Below, one piece after another: positions 1 through 11,088 of a DNA stretch of 64,000 bases. Position 1 is the stretch's first letter. The number at the start of each line of letters is the position of its first letter. The stretch is from NCBI GenBank assembly GCA_002683335.1, contig NYTE01000024.1, positions 3,611 through 67,610 of the forward strand, given 5' to 3'. The DNA comes from Halieaceae bacterium (lineage in GTDB: Bacteria > Pseudomonadota > Gammaproteobacteria > Pseudomonadales > Halieaceae). The translations under genes were made by a program, and so were the position numbers. The notes below the pieces were generated by a model. That model had not been told where the DNA came from and did not search any database. It was given only the letters and a program-made list of their open reading frames with translations.

Positions 1-60
1 AGCTGGAGTGCATTAGCGGATCCTAGTAATGTTCTGTCCTCATAAACAGAGGGCAAGGGC

Positions 61-978
61 ATGCTAGGGCAGCGCACCCTGCGAGAGCCGGTTCAATCGG
101 CTGGCGTGGGGCTACACTCCGGTCAGAAGGTGCAGATGACGCTACATCCTGCACCGGTGAACACGGGTATTGTGTTTCGCCGCACTGATCTCAGTCCGGT
201 CCGGGAAATCCCCGCCCGGGCCGACTGGGTCGAACAAACTGATCTTTCTACGGGTCTGGGCTCTGATGAAGCGCGGGTCACTACGGTAGAACACCTGCTC
301 TCGGCACTGTGTGGACTGGGTATCGATAATGCCTATGTCGACCTAGATGGTGCTGAGGTGCCTATCATGGATGGATCTGCAGGCCCCTTCGTCTATTTGC
401 TGCAAGCCGCTGGCATCTGCGAGCAGGAAAGCCCCAAGCGATTTATTAGAATTCTGGAGCCAGTGTCTGTAACGCAGGACGACAAGACGGCGTCTCTTCG
501 ACCCTACGACGGATTTAAGGTGACGTTTGATATCGATTTTGACCATCCCGTATTTCGCGAGCAGAGTGGCCGCACGACGATGGAAATCACCAGCGAGGCT
601 TTTGTGCGGGAAATCAGTCGGGCCCGGACGTTTGGTTTCGTTCACGAATTTGAATATATGCGTTCCCGCGGTTTAGCGCGGGGCGGTAGCGTCGATAACG
701 CAATAGTGATAGACGATTACCGGATATTGAATGAGGAAGGACTCCGGTATGACGATGAATTCGTAAAGCATAAAATACTGGATGCGTTGGGCGACCTGTA
801 CCTTGCCGGACACCAGATATTGGGTGAATACGAGGGAATCAAATCGGGTCATGCACTGAACAATCAGCTGGTCAGGGCGCTATTGAGCTGCCAGGACAGC
901 TGGGAGTGGGCGACCTTTGAAGATGAGCGGGAGGCGCCCATGGAGTGGGCAATACCAGGTGATCTTCAATGGGCGTGA
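61..978 (+). CDS. lpxC: UDP-3-O-acyl-N-acetylglucosamine deacetylase
   Basis: QRTL...GVGLHSG N-terminus, [13 protein letters not shown] and [10 protein letters not shown] zinc motifs; upstream of M23-secA. Confidence 0.97.
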   Translation: MLGQRTLREPVQSAGVGLHSGQKVQMTLHPAPVNTGIVFRRTDLSPVREIPARADWVEQTDLSTGLGSDEARVTTVEHLLSALCGLGIDNAYVDLDGAEVPIMDGSAGPFVYLLQAAGICEQESPKRFIRILEPVSVTQDDKTASLRPYDGFKVTFDIDFDHPVFREQSGRTTMEITSEAFVREISRARTFGFVHEFEYMRSRGLARGGSVDNAIVIDDYRILNEEGLRYDDEFVKHKILDALGDLYLAGHQILGEYEGIKSGHALNNQLVRALLSCQDSWEWATFEDEREAPMEWAIPGDLQWA

Positions 979-1050
979 TGGAATGACCTGAAATCCCATT
1001 AACAGGGTAAAATAAACACCATGAGACAGATTGAAAGCGCATAAACAGCT

Positions 1051-1980
1051 GTGAAACTGATCCTTCTTAATCGCCATGCGGCATCGCGTACCCTTGAGTT
1101 GGGTAGATGGACCTGGGCGGTCCTATCGGTCTGCTTTATCGGCGTGCCCATCGGGCTCATCACACTGAGTTATCAGCTTGGTTTTGGTGACGGTATTGCC
1201 TCCCAGCAGGCATCCCGCATTTCGGAAAGTGAACAGCAGGCAGTAGAGCGAGCGGAAGCGCTGGCACAAATGGGCGTCGAAGCGCAGTCTAGATTAACGG
1301 CGATGACTCGTCGTTTAGCTAGTATTCAAGCGCAAGTCACGCGTATTGACGCGCTTGGCACCCATTTGACGGAGTTGGCAGGCCTAGACTCCGGGGAATT
1401 TGATTTTTCGGGCCCTCCCGCCGTGGGTGGGCCAATGGCGAAGCCAGCGTTGACCATTCCCATGAATGTGGCGGAAATTGACTCCCAATTTAGTGCGTTA
1501 GATGCCATTTTTTCCCAGCGAGAAGTGCAATTTGATCTATTGGCCGGATTGCTGTCGGCGGAGCAGCTCCAAGCGGCAGCTACGCCCGCAGGTAGACCCA
1601 TTAGACGGGGTTGGCAGTCTTCACCCTACGGAAATCGTATCGACCCAATTACGGGAAAACGTGCTTGGCATGATGGCGCCGACTTTGCCGGTCGTGAGGG
1701 GTCCGATATCCTCGCGGTGGCCAGCGGCGTGGTGAGTTGGAGCGGATACCAAAACGGTTACGGTAACTTGATTGAGGTATCTCACGGAGATGGCCTCAGC
1801 ACACGCTACGGACATAACGCCGAGAACCTGGTGGAGGTAGGGGATCTAGTGCGTCGAGGCGATGTGATTGCCCTGATGGGCAATACGGGCCGCTCAACGG
1901 GCCCCCATGTCCATTTCGAAGTCTTCAAAAATGGCCGCACGGTCGACCCCGCTACTTACGTCAAGCGCACCTATCGCTGA
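1051..1980 (+). CDS. M23 family metallopeptidase with N-terminal TM and coiled coil
   Basis: HDGAD, YGHN and STGPHVHFEV motifs; usual position between lpxC and secA. Confidence 0.92.
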   Translation: MKLILLNRHAASRTLELGRWTWAVLSVCFIGVPIGLITLSYQLGFGDGIASQQASRISESEQQAVERAEALAQMGVEAQSRLTAMTRRLASIQAQVTRIDALGTHLTELAGLDSGEFDFSGPPAVGGPMAKPALTIPMNVAEIDSQFSALDAIFSQREVQFDLLAGLLSAEQLQAAATPAGRPIRRGWQSSPYGNRIDPITGKRAWHDGADFAGREGSDILAVASGVVSWSGYQNGYGNLIEVSHGDGLSTRYGHNAENLVEVGDLVRRGDVIALMGNTGRSTGPHVHFEVFKNGRTVDPATYVKRTYR

Positions 1981-2055
1981 TTCTTATGTTCCCCGGCGCT
2001 CGTGCGTCCCATTCCAGACAATCTAATAACCTCGTGACCGGCCAGTGAGACCTTC

Positions 2056-4770
2056 ATGTTGATCTCTACAGTGAAAAAAATTTTTGGCACCCGCAATGAC
2101 CGGGAGCTTAAACGCATGGGCAAAGTTGTTTCCCGAATCACCGCAATGGAGGAAGGCCTGCAGGCTCTCGATGATGCAGCGTTGCAATCCAAAACTGCAG
2201 AATTTCGAATGCGGCTTGGAGCAGGTGAGACCCTAGAGCAGTTGTTGCCTGAAGCCTTTGCGGTGGTGCGAGAGGCGGGGGGACGCGCGTTGGGAATGCG
2301 CCACTTCGATGTGCAGTTGATTGGCGGTATGACTTTGCATGACGGCAAGATTGCGGAGATGCGCACGGGTGAAGGTAAAACTCTGGTCGCCACCTTGCCG
2401 GCTTATCTCAATGCTTTGCCTGACCATAGCGTGCACCTGATCACGGTGAATGACTATCTTGCCAAACGAGATGCGGCCTGGATGGGACCCCTGTATGAAT
2501 TTTTGGGTCTCACAGTTGGGGTGGCGACCTCTGGACAGTCGGCCGAGGAAAAAAAAGCGGCCTACAACTGTGATGTGATTTATGGCACGAACAATGAATT
2601 TGGTTTTGATTACCTGCGAGACAACATGGCATTTAGCCAATCAGACAAAGCGCAGGGAAAATTGGCTTTTGCCATTGTGGATGAGGTGGACTCGATTCTG
2701 ATCGATGAAGCTCGAACGCCACTGATTATTTCTGGTGCAGTGGAGGACAGTTCCGAACTCTACAAAAGCATTAATCGACTGGTGCCGCGACTCACTCCTG
2801 AATTGGAGGAACAGGAGGGGGATTACACCGTTGATGAAAAGCAGCGGAGCATAGAACTCACTGAAGCGGGGCACGAGAAGGTTGAACAAATGCTGATAGA
2901 GGCGGGGCTCTTGCAAGCTGAAGACTCACTCTATGCCGCGACAAACTTGGGCCTTTTGCATCATGTTCACTCTGGCTTGCGGGCCCATGTAATGTTTCAG
3001 CGAGATGTGGAATACATTGTTCAGGACGGGCAAGTGGTGCTCATTGATGAGCACACAGGGCGCACCATGCCCGGTAGGCGTTTGTCAGAGGGCCTCCACC
3101 AGGCTATCGAAGCTAAAGAAGGGGTGCGTATACAGAGTGAGAGCCAGACTTTGGCCTCGACGACTTTCCAAAACTTCTTCCGCCTATACGACAAGTTGGC
3201 TGGCATGACGGGTACGGCGGACACCGAGGCTTTTGAGTTTCGTCAGATATATGGTCTGGATTGTGTTGTGATTCCGACCAACGTGCCGATGCTACGTGAT
3301 GATCTGAATGACCTCGTTTATCTCACGCGCGAAGAAAAGTTCGAAGCCATCATAGAGGATGTGCAGGCCTGCATTGACAGTGGCTCGCCCGTGTTGGTCG
3401 GTACTGCCTCTGTCGAAACTTCTGAAGAATTGTCGCAAGCGTTTCAACAAAAGCACATTGTGCACAAAGTGCTGAACGCCAAGTATCACGAGCAGGAAGC
3501 TGAGATTATCGCGCAAGCGGGCCGGCCCGGAGTGGTGACCATCGCCACCAATATGGCGGGCCGCGGCACAGATATCGTTCTGGGTGGCAATTTGGAGGCC
3601 GAGCTTGTTGCTGCTGGGCGAGGTCTGGATGAGGCAAAGCGGGCGGAGATCACGGCTGACTGGCAGACGCGACATGATGCAGTCATCGACGCGGGTGGTC
3701 TCCACATTCTTGGGACAGAACGACACGAATCGCGTCGCATCGACAATCAGTTACGCGGTCGCTCAGGACGTCAGGGTGATCCCGGCGTTTCTCGGTTTTA
3801 TCTGTCCTTGGAAGACAATCTGATGCGAATTTTTGCCTCGGACAGGGTGAAAAGCTTTATGCAAGCTATGGGCATGGAGCGGGGCGAGGCCATCGAGCAC
3901 CGCATGGTGAGCAATGCCATTGAAAAAGCGCAGCGCAAAGTTGAGGGTCGCAATTTCGATATTCGCAAGCAATTACTTGAGTACGACGACGTCGCCAATG
4001 ACCAGAGACAGATTATTTATCGTCAGCGCGATGAGCTGTTGTCTGAAGACAGCATTGGAGAGACGATCACGACGATTCGTGCCGATGTGGTCAACGATGC
4101 CGTCGATGGGTTTATTCCTCCCATGAGCGTCGAGGAACAATGGGATATTCCGGGCCTCGAGAACCAGTTGGAATCTGAATTTGGCCTGACATTGCCTGTT
4201 GCCCAGTGGCTGGAGGAAGACACTGGCCTGCACGAGGAAACTTTGCGGGAGCGCATTGTCGCGGCGGTACAAGCAGCTTATGACGAAAAATCGTCGGGAG
4301 TGGGTTCCGGTATGCGGCAGCTTGAAAAACAAATTATGCTGCAAGTACTCGATACGCTATGGAAAGAGCATCTACAGGTCATGGATCAATTACGACAGGG
4401 GATCCACTTGCGGGCCTATGCCAACAAAAACCCTAAGCAGGAATATAAGCGTGAGTCTTTTGCGCTATTTGAGGCGCTTTTGCAGCGTCTCAAATCCGAG
4501 GTGGTTCGATTTTTGAGTCATGTTCAGGTTCAGCGCTCCGATGAGGCTGCTGCGATTGAGCAACAAAGAAGAGAGGCTGCCGCTAAACAGAAAATGGCTT
4601 TCGAACATGCTGAGGCGGGATCCGCTGTTCCTGCCGATCAGGAAGAAACGCCGGATGCCGCGATCGCACAGCAGCCGATAACACGGGCACAACCGAAGGT
4701 GGGTCGTAATGATCCTTGTCCCTGCGGCAGCGGAAAGAAATACAAACACTGTCACGGTGCCTTGAATTGA
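2056..4770 (+). CDS. secA: Preprotein translocase ATPase SecA
   Basis: MRTGEGKT Walker [21 protein letters not shown]-terminal [19 protein letters not shown] zinc motif. Confidence 0.99.
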   Translation: MLISTVKKIFGTRNDRELKRMGKVVSRITAMEEGLQALDDAALQSKTAEFRMRLGAGETLEQLLPEAFAVVREAGGRALGMRHFDVQLIGGMTLHDGKIAEMRTGEGKTLVATLPAYLNALPDHSVHLITVNDYLAKRDAAWMGPLYEFLGLTVGVATSGQSAEEKKAAYNCDVIYGTNNEFGFDYLRDNMAFSQSDKAQGKLAFAIVDEVDSILIDEARTPLIISGAVEDSSELYKSINRLVPRLTPELEEQEGDYTVDEKQRSIELTEAGHEKVEQMLIEAGLLQAEDSLYAATNLGLLHHVHSGLRAHVMFQRDVEYIVQDGQVVLIDEHTGRTMPGRRLSEGLHQAIEAKEGVRIQSESQTLASTTFQNFFRLYDKLAGMTGTADTEAFEFRQIYGLDCVVIPTNVPMLRDDLNDLVYLTREEKFEAIIEDVQACIDSGSPVLVGTASVETSEELSQAFQQKHIVHKVLNAKYHEQEAEIIAQAGRPGVVTIATNMAGRGTDIVLGGNLEAELVAAGRGLDEAKRAEITADWQTRHDAVIDAGGLHILGTERHESRRIDNQLRGRSGRQGDPGVSRFYLSLEDNLMRIFASDRVKSFMQAMGMERGEAIEHRMVSNAIEKAQRKVEGRNFDIRKQLLEYDDVANDQRQIIYRQRDELLSEDSIGETITTIRADVVNDAVDGFIPPMSVEEQWDIPGLENQLESEFGLTLPVAQWLEEDTGLHEETLRERIVAAVQAAYDEKSSGVGSGMRQLEKQIMLQVLDTLWKEHLQVMDQLRQGIHLRAYANKNPKQEYKRESFALFEALLQRLKSEVVRFLSHVQVQRSDEAAAIEQQRREAAAKQKMAFEHAEAGSAVPADQEETPDAAIAQQPITRAQPKVGRNDPCPCGSGKKYKHCHGALN

Positions 4771-4809
4771 TGACTGCTGGCGACCCAATTCAGAACTAGG
4801 GAGATTGTC

Positions 4810-6003
4810 ATGAGCTATGCGGTGCCGGGTGTGCGTTTAGGAGTCGCTCAGGCGGGTATCAAAAAGGCAGGAAAAGACGACCTCTTGCTCATCGCCCTTT
4901 CAGAAAAAACCCAGACTGCCGCGGTTTTTACCCAAAATGCTTTTTGTGCGGCGCCGGTCGAGGTGGCGAGGAATCATCTGGCGCGTAGTCTGGGGAAATC
5001 CCAATATTTACTCATCAATACGGGGAATGCGAATGCCGGTACCGGCGAAGAGGGGCTCATGGGGGCCATGTCTTGCTGCGCTACGCTGGGTACTTTAGCG
5101 GGAACCCCTGATACGGCCGTGTTGCCCTTTTCAACGGGTGTCATTGGTGAGCCGTTACCTGTTGATCGCATTGAAAAAGCGATTCCGTTGGCCTTTGGTG
5201 CGCTGCAAACTGATCACTGGGAGCGCGCCGCCGCCGCCATTCTCACTACTGATACCCGACCCAAGTTGCGAACCTTGACGCTAAAGATCGATGGTCAGCC
5301 ATGTGTCATTACCGGTATTGCAAAGGGTGCAGGGATGATCTGTCCCAACCTTGCAACGATGCTGGCATTTATCGCGACCGACGCGGCAATAGCATCGCCC
5401 CTTTTGGATATATTGCTGCGCAATGCTGTGAACAAAAGCTTCAATCGCATTACTGTCGACGGAGATACGTCGACCAATGATGCCGTTACGTTGTCGGCAA
5501 CCGGCGAGAGCGGTGTTGCTATTGAAGAGGGGTCTCAGCAGGCCAAGGACTTCTCGGAGGCGCTAGATGCCTTGATGATTGGGTTGGCGCAAGACATTGT
5601 GCGCGACGGTGAGGGCGCCACAAAGTTTGTGGAAATTCGGGTTGCGGGAGGAGAATCAGAAGCAGCGTGTGATCAGGTGGCGCGGACTATTGCCCACTCA
5701 CCCTTGGTCAAAACTGCGTTGTTCGCCGCAGATCCCAACTGGGGCCGTATCCTGGCCGCGATTGGGCGAGCCGGCCTTGAAGGATTGGATACCAAGATGG
5801 TGTCGATTGAGATCAATGGAGTATTGATTGCTGAGCACGGTGCACGCGCCGCAAGCTACACAGAATCGCTGGGCCAGAGCGCGATGAACAATGATGAGCT
5901 GCGATTGTGCGTAACGCTTCAGCGTGGCGCCGCCCAGTCGTTGCTGTGGACCACAGATCTGTCCTATGACTACGTTAAAATTAATGCGGAATATCGAACC
6001 TGA
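4810..6003 (+). CDS. argJ: Bifunctional ornithine acetyltransferase/N-acetylglutamate synthase
   Basis: NTGNANAGTG, KGAGMICPN, DGDTSTND cleavage site, INAEYRT C-terminus. Confidence 0.97.
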   Translation: MSYAVPGVRLGVAQAGIKKAGKDDLLLIALSEKTQTAAVFTQNAFCAAPVEVARNHLARSLGKSQYLLINTGNANAGTGEEGLMGAMSCCATLGTLAGTPDTAVLPFSTGVIGEPLPVDRIEKAIPLAFGALQTDHWERAAAAILTTDTRPKLRTLTLKIDGQPCVITGIAKGAGMICPNLATMLAFIATDAAIASPLLDILLRNAVNKSFNRITVDGDTSTNDAVTLSATGESGVAIEEGSQQAKDFSEALDALMIGLAQDIVRDGEGATKFVEIRVAGGESEAACDQVARTIAHSPLVKTALFAADPNWGRILAAIGRAGLEGLDTKMVSIEINGVLIAEHGARAASYTESLGQSAMNNDELRLCVTLQRGAAQSLLWTTDLSYDYVKINAEYRT

Positions 6004-6395
6004 TGACCACAGTTGTCACGGTGGCAGTGGGCATTGTTCAGGACGCTCAAGGCCGGGTGCTTGTTAGCCGCAGGGCAGCAGAGGTCCATCAGGGTGGCTT
6101 ATGGGAATTCCCGGGTGGAAAAGTGGAGCCGAGTGAAACCACGGAGGCGGCTTTGGCACGGGAGTTCAGAGAGGAGCTGGGTGTCGAGGTGCTGGCGAGT
6201 GAAGATTTGATGGTGATTGAACACGATTACGGCGACAAGCAAGTTTGCCTGAAAGTGCGTCGCGTAACGCAATGGCGGGGCGAGGCGAGAGGGCTTGAGG
6301 GCCAGCCCTTGGCTTGGCAAAAGCCAGAAGCACTGGTTGATTGGTCATTTCCCGAGGCCAATACTCCGATTCTAATGCGACTGACTCGAGACTAA
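6003..6395 (+). CDS. mutT: 8-oxo-dGTP diphosphatase (Nudix)
   Basis: WEFPGGKVEPSETTEAALAREFREELG Nudix box; follows secA-argJ. Confidence 0.9.
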   Translation: MTTVVTVAVGIVQDAQGRVLVSRRAAEVHQGGLWEFPGGKVEPSETTEAALAREFREELGVEVLASEDLMVIEHDYGDKQVCLKVRRVTQWRGEARGLEGQPLAWQKPEALVDWSFPEANTPILMRLTRD

Positions 6396-6991
6396 GTATT
6401 GGTCGCCCGCGCCAGCAAAGTCTGGTGGAGAATTGCCGCTTGTTCGTGAAGGTCCGCGAGCGAGGCACTGTTGTCAATGACGATGTCGGCCCGGCTCTTT
6501 CGGGTCTCCCGATCCAGTTGCGCTGCCATAATGCCCTCCACCAACGCTTGGTCGTTGCCATCCCTCTCCATGGTCCGTGCGATCTGGGTGGCCTCGGGTG
6601 CATCGACGACGACGCTCACATCGATTAACTCGGATTGACCGCTCTCCAGAAGCAAGGGGGAACTCAGTACCACGTAGGCAGAATCGGCAGCCGCAAGTTG
6701 GCGTATCAGTTCCTCCCGGATACGAGAATGTGTCATCGCCTCCAGCGCCTTGCGCTTGTCTGCATCTTCAAACACCAGTTTGCGCAGTGCCGCACGGTTC
6801 AGCTGGCCATCGGGCGAGAGGTACTGATCTCCAAACGCCGCAATAATCTCGGCCAGCGCCGGCTGACCGGGAGCAACCACAACCCGGGCCGCGAGGTCCG
6901 CGTCAACCACGGTAATACCCTCTTCAGTCAGCCAGTCGGTCAGAGCGGTTTTGCCGCTCCCGATGCCACCGGTAACACCTACACGCAGCAT
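6392..6991 (-). CDS. coaE: Dephospho-CoA kinase
   Basis: GVTGGIGSGKT P-loop, DADLAAR; downstream of pilD; start placed at the ATG of MLRVG (6991). Confidence 0.95.
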   Translation of the reverse strand: MLRVGVTGGIGSGKTALTDWLTEEGITVVDADLAARVVVAPGQPALAEIIAAFGDQYLSPDGQLNRAALRKLVFEDADKRKALEAMTHSRIREELIRQLAAADSAYVVLSSPLLLESGQSELIDVSVVVDAPEATQIARTMERDGNDQALVEGIMAAQLDRETRKSRADIVIDNSASLADLHEQAAILHQTLLARATNT

Positions 6992-6992
6992 G

Positions 6993-7856
6993 TCAGAGGG
7001 CGACCATAGACAAGTACTGATTGAGCAGGGAGTCGCCAAAAAACAATGTCAGCAGGCCTGCACCCGCCAGATAAGGACCGAAAGGCATTGGGGTATCCCT
7101 GCCTTGTTGCTTTGCTACGAGGATTGCAATACCCAATGCCGCGCCCACAAATGAAGAAAGCAGAATCATTAGTGGCACGGCGTGCCAACCGAACCAGGCA
7201 CCCAGTGCTGCGAGTAACTTGAAATCCCCGTAACCCATCCCCTCTTTACCGGTGGCCAGTTTAAATAGCCAGTAGACACTCCACAGCGATCCATAGCCCA
7301 ATATCGCTCCGAGCACGGCTGAAGACAGTGGCGTCCATATGCCGAAAAGATTGACGCCCAGCCCGATCCACAGGAGGGGTAGGGTGATGGCGTCAGGCAG
7401 TAGTTGAGTATCTAGATCAATCCCGGTCAGTGCTATCAGCATCCAGATGAGTACCAGGGCACTGGCTGTCTCTTGGCCAAAGCCAAAATGCCAGGCGGCC
7501 GCGGCAGACAGCAGGCCCGTTACCAGCTCAACAAGTGGATATCTGACGGAAATAGGGTCACGGCATTGGTCGCAGCGACCCCGGAGCCATACCCAGCTCA
7601 GCACGGGAATATTGTGCCAAGGGCGGATCGGTGAGCCGCAATTCGGACATTGGGAACCAGGGAATGAAAGACTGACTTTCGGCTCATCGGGTGCGGGCTG
7701 GTTCATGAGTTCACAGCATTCCCGGCGCCAGGATTGATCCATCATGCGGGGTAATCTCAAAATCACCACATTGAGAAAACTCCCCACAATCAACCCGAGG
7801 GCGCCGCAGTAAAGCGTAAAAACCGCGGGGTCAGTGAAAAAGGGTGGTATGGCCAG
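6993..7856 (-). CDS. pilD: Prepilin peptidase/N-methyltransferase (A24)
   Basis: GSFLNVVI, two CxxC pairs, DLDTQLLPD, GMGYGDFKL. Start uncertain: TTG at 7793 in the track; the frame stays open to a CTG at 7856 with an AGAGGT SD. Confidence 0.93.
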   Translation of the reverse strand: MAIPPFFTDPAVFTLYCGALGLIVGSFLNVVILRLPRMMDQSWRRECCELMNQPAPDEPKVSLSFPGSQCPNCGSPIRPWHNIPVLSWVWLRGRCDQCRDPISVRYPLVELVTGLLSAAAAWHFGFGQETASALVLIWMLIALTGIDLDTQLLPDAITLPLLWIGLGVNLFGIWTPLSSAVLGAILGYGSLWSVYWLFKLATGKEGMGYGDFKLLAALGAWFGWHAVPLMILLSSFVGAALGIAILVAKQQGRDTPMPFGPYLAGAGLLTLFFGDSLLNQYLSMVAL

Positions 7857-7898
7857 AAGCTGTTACCTCTGTCAGGTCTAGAACGTGATTCTATCTGT

Positions 7899-9110
7899 TT
7901 ACATCACAGATCCGAGCATAAATATGGGCATGTACATCGCGACCATCAAGCCACCGACCAAAACACCCAGAATCGACATAATCATGGGCTCCATCAGAGA
8001 GCCCAGGCTGTCTACCGCGGCGTCCACGGTGGCCTCGTAATGATCTGCCACTTTGCCCAGCATATCATCCAGAGAGCCCGACTCTTCGCCGATAGATGTC
8101 ATTTGCAGCAGCATCGTGGGGAATAGCCCGGTACTGCGCACTGCTATGGCCAGCGCTGTACCGGCGGTGACGTCGTCGCGGATCTGTCTGATTGCCCGGC
8201 GGTAGAGGGCGTTACCAGCGGCGCCGGCGGTGGAGTCGAGCGCCTCTACCAGAGGCACACCGGCCGCAAAAGTCGTGGAGAGTGTTCGTGAGAAACGCGC
8301 AATGACCGCGTCATGGATCACGTTGCCAATAATCGGTATTTTGAGAGAGACGCCGTCGAGCCAGTCGGCAAATCGCTTGTTTCGCCGTTTGGCCTGGGAA
8401 AACGCATAGCTCGCGGAAAATAAGCCCAACAACATCATAAACCACCAGCTCTGTACCCATTCGGATATGGCGAGCACAAACAGCGTAAAGCCGGGCAGAT
8501 CGGCGCCAAAGCCCCGAAATGTCTCGGCAAATTGCGGCACGACCTTCACTAACAAAATACCTGTGACCACAACCGCCACCGCGATAACCGCGGCAGGGTA
8601 GGTGAGCGCTTTTTTGATTTTTGCCTTCAGGGCTTCGGTTTTTTCTTTATAGGTGGCCACCCGGTCCAGCATCACTTCCAGCGTGCCCGAGTTCTCCCCC
8701 GATGCCACTAAAGAACAAAATAGTTCGTCAAAGTATTGGGGGTGTTTGGCCAGTGAGCCGGCGAGCCCCGTCCCCGACGCGACATCGGTGCGGATGGTGG
8801 TGATGAGTTCGCGCATTTTTTGGTGATCAGTTCCCTCGGCCACGATGTCAAATGCCTGAACTAGAGGCACCCTCGCTTTCATCATAGTTGCCAATTGGCG
8901 GGTGAAAATGGCGATGTCAGCAGCTTTGATCGGTGTGGCGCCCAGAGAAAGCAGCGGTTTAGATTTCTTCTTGACGGTTTTGGCTGCCACGCCCTGTTTC
9001 CGCAATTGCACTCGGGCGATAGCAGCAGAGCTGGCGAGTAATTCACCGGTGGATTTGCGTCCGTTACGGTCGGTTCCGCTCCAGACAAATACTGTGTTTG
9101 CTGTTGCCAT
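7899..9110 (-). CDS. pilC: Type IV pilus inner-membrane platform protein PilC
   Basis: FTRQLATMM, KIKKALTYP, GEESGSLD, MYMPIF; between pilB and pilD. Confidence 0.96.
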   Translation of the reverse strand: MATANTVFVWSGTDRNGRKSTGELLASSAAIARVQLRKQGVAAKTVKKKSKPLLSLGATPIKAADIAIFTRQLATMMKARVPLVQAFDIVAEGTDHQKMRELITTIRTDVASGTGLAGSLAKHPQYFDELFCSLVASGENSGTLEVMLDRVATYKEKTEALKAKIKKALTYPAAVIAVAVVVTGILLVKVVPQFAETFRGFGADLPGFTLFVLAISEWVQSWWFMMLLGLFSASYAFSQAKRRNKRFADWLDGVSLKIPIIGNVIHDAVIARFSRTLSTTFAAGVPLVEALDSTAGAAGNALYRRAIRQIRDDVTAGTALAIAVRSTGLFPTMLLQMTSIGEESGSLDDMLGKVADHYEATVDAAVDSLGSLMEPMIMSILGVLVGGLMVAMYMPIFMLGSVM

Positions 9111-9174
9111 TATATATTTCTACCTACGTTGTGTCGCGCACTGGACGCGCCCTACTGTTCACGTTGGAGTGCCC

Positions 9175-10905
9175 TCAATCCGTGGTCACGCGGCTGACTT
9201 CCTCGAGGCTGATCAGGCCGGTGGCACATTTTTTGAGGGCTGACTGTCGGAGGTCGTTGAAGCCGGCCTCGCGGGCAGAGCGATCAAGCTCCAATGAATT
9301 GGCGCCGTCCATAATGGCCGATGCGATGGCCTTGGTGATTTTTACGACCTCGTAAATGCCCACGCGACCTTTGTAGCCTCCCTTGCAGTGCTTGCAGCCC
9401 ACGGGTTTTTTGATCTGGGCGTGATGTAATTGATCGGCGCTGAACCCCAGCTGTATGAGCGCTTCACGGGGCACGCTGGTCTCGGATACGGCGCAGTGGC
9501 TACACAATCTTCGCGCCAATCGCTGCGCAATAATCACTGTGACCGACGCGGCAATATTAAAAGCAGGCACACCCATATTGAGCAGTCGCGTGACGGTCGC
9601 AGCGGCGCTGTTAGTGTGCACGGTCGAGAGCACTAGGTGACCCGTTTGCGCAGCCTTAATGGCTATTTCGGCGGTCTCGAGATCGCGAATCTCTCCCACC
9701 ATAATCACATCAGGGTCCTGACGCAGAAACGACCTCAGTGCCTCGGCAAAGTTAAGTCCTACCTTGGGATTCACTAGCACCTGATTGATGCCCGCCATAT
9801 TGATTTCAACTGGATCTTCGGCGGTAGAGATATTGCGTTCAGGCTCATTGAGTATGCCGAGTCCGGTATACAGCGAGACCGTCTTGCCGGAGCCAGTTGG
9901 ACCCGTCACTAGGATCATGCCCTGGGGTTTTTGCAGCGCCGCGAGGTAGAGTGCTTTTTGCTCCGGCTCATAGCCTAGGGCGTCAATACCCATGCGTGTT
10001 GAACTCGGGTCAAGAATTCGCAGTACGATTTTCTCCCCGTAGAGGGTAGGCAGCGTATTCACTCGGAAGTCGATGGCCCGCCTTTTAGAAAGCTTCATTT
10101 GGATCCGCCCATCCTGGGGTACGCGGCGTTCCGAAATGTCCATTTGTGACATGATTTTCAGGCGTGCCGCCAGACGTGGCGCGAGGTTGCGGGGTGGCTT
10201 GATGACCTCTCGCAGAATGCCGTCTGTGCGAAAGCGCACGCGGTAAACTTTTTCGTAAGGCTCAAAATGTATGTCGGATGCTCCTTGCCTGATGGCATCG
10301 AGCAGGATTTTGTTAACGAAGCGAACAATTGGCGTGTTGTCAGCGGCATCCCGGTGGTCAGCCTCTTCTTCCGCGGGGCTTGTTCGCATTTCCAGATCGT
10401 ATTGATCATCCGTGCTGAGCGTGGCCATATCTCGATCGAGACTGTTAGAGCCCTCAGCAATGTCGTGAATGAGTTGATCGAGTGCAGTATCGTCTGCAAG
10501 GATCGCGTCGGTATTCATGCCCGTCGCGAATTTTAATTCGTTCAGGGCCGCCACATTCATAGGGTCCGAAATGGCCACGAACAGGCGATTCCCTCGTCTG
10601 AATAAGGGTACCGCACGGTGTTTCATCATCATGTCGCTGTCGATCTGGTGATCGGGCAACATGTCTCGATTCATGGCGGTCACATCAAAAACCGGGATAC
10701 CGTATTCGGCCGAGGCCATCTCTGCCAGTACTTTGCTGTCCACGTCTAGGGTATCAATGAGGTATCGCATGAACGACAAGTGTATTTTACGGGCTTCGCG
10801 TTCGGCTGCAATGACCCGATCCTTGTTTAGGATGTCAGCAGCCACAAGGCGACCACCAAGCCCCCCAACCCGCTCGTCACGGGTTGTGAATGTTGCTGGA
10901 TTCAT
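9175..10905 (-). CDS. pilB: Type IV-A pilus assembly ATPase PilB
   Basis: GPTGSGKT, TAEDPVE, LRQDPD, two CxxC; start probably MNPATF (10905). Confidence 0.96.
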   Translation of the reverse strand: MNPATFTTRDERVGGLGGRLVAADILNKDRVIAAEREARKIHLSFMRYLIDTLDVDSKVLAEMASAEYGIPVFDVTAMNRDMLPDHQIDSDMMMKHRAVPLFRRGNRLFVAISDPMNVAALNELKFATGMNTDAILADDTALDQLIHDIAEGSNSLDRDMATLSTDDQYDLEMRTSPAEEEADHRDAADNTPIVRFVNKILLDAIRQGASDIHFEPYEKVYRVRFRTDGILREVIKPPRNLAPRLAARLKIMSQMDISERRVPQDGRIQMKLSKRRAIDFRVNTLPTLYGEKIVLRILDPSSTRMGIDALGYEPEQKALYLAALQKPQGMILVTGPTGSGKTVSLYTGLGILNEPERNISTAEDPVEINMAGINQVLVNPKVGLNFAEALRSFLRQDPDVIMVGEIRDLETAEIAIKAAQTGHLVLSTVHTNSAAATVTRLLNMGVPAFNIAASVTVIIAQRLARRLCSHCAVSETSVPREALIQLGFSADQLHHAQIKKPVGCKHCKGGYKGRVGIYEVVKITKAIASAIMDGANSLELDRSAREAGFNDLRQSALKKCATGLISLEEVSRVTTD

Positions 10906-11011
10906 ATCACGTTCCCGCAAGATCGAGATGTGGTCTACGTTTGATGTCTTGCATGTTTTGCGGAGCCCATTTTCCGGCAATGATTCGTATAACGTTTGGT
11001 CAGGCGGTTGC

Positions 11012-11048
11012 AGAAAGGCCCGAGTGGGAGGCTTTTCTCGCCCGGGTC
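11012..11048 (-). terminator. Possible intrinsic terminator or attenuator after pilA
   Basis: Minus strand GACCCGGGCGAGAAAAGCCTCCCACTCGGGCC then TTTCT: imperfect GC-rich stem, short U tract. Confidence 0.4.
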
Positions 11049-11088
11049 ACTACTGAGCACGGTGCTTAAGACTTTGAGCTAGCCTTAG

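Noticed and set aside
10800-10870. MshEN c-di-GMP-binding motif in the PilB N-terminus
   Set aside because: GLGGRLVAADIL lacks the RLG arginine and the conserved Gly/Gln
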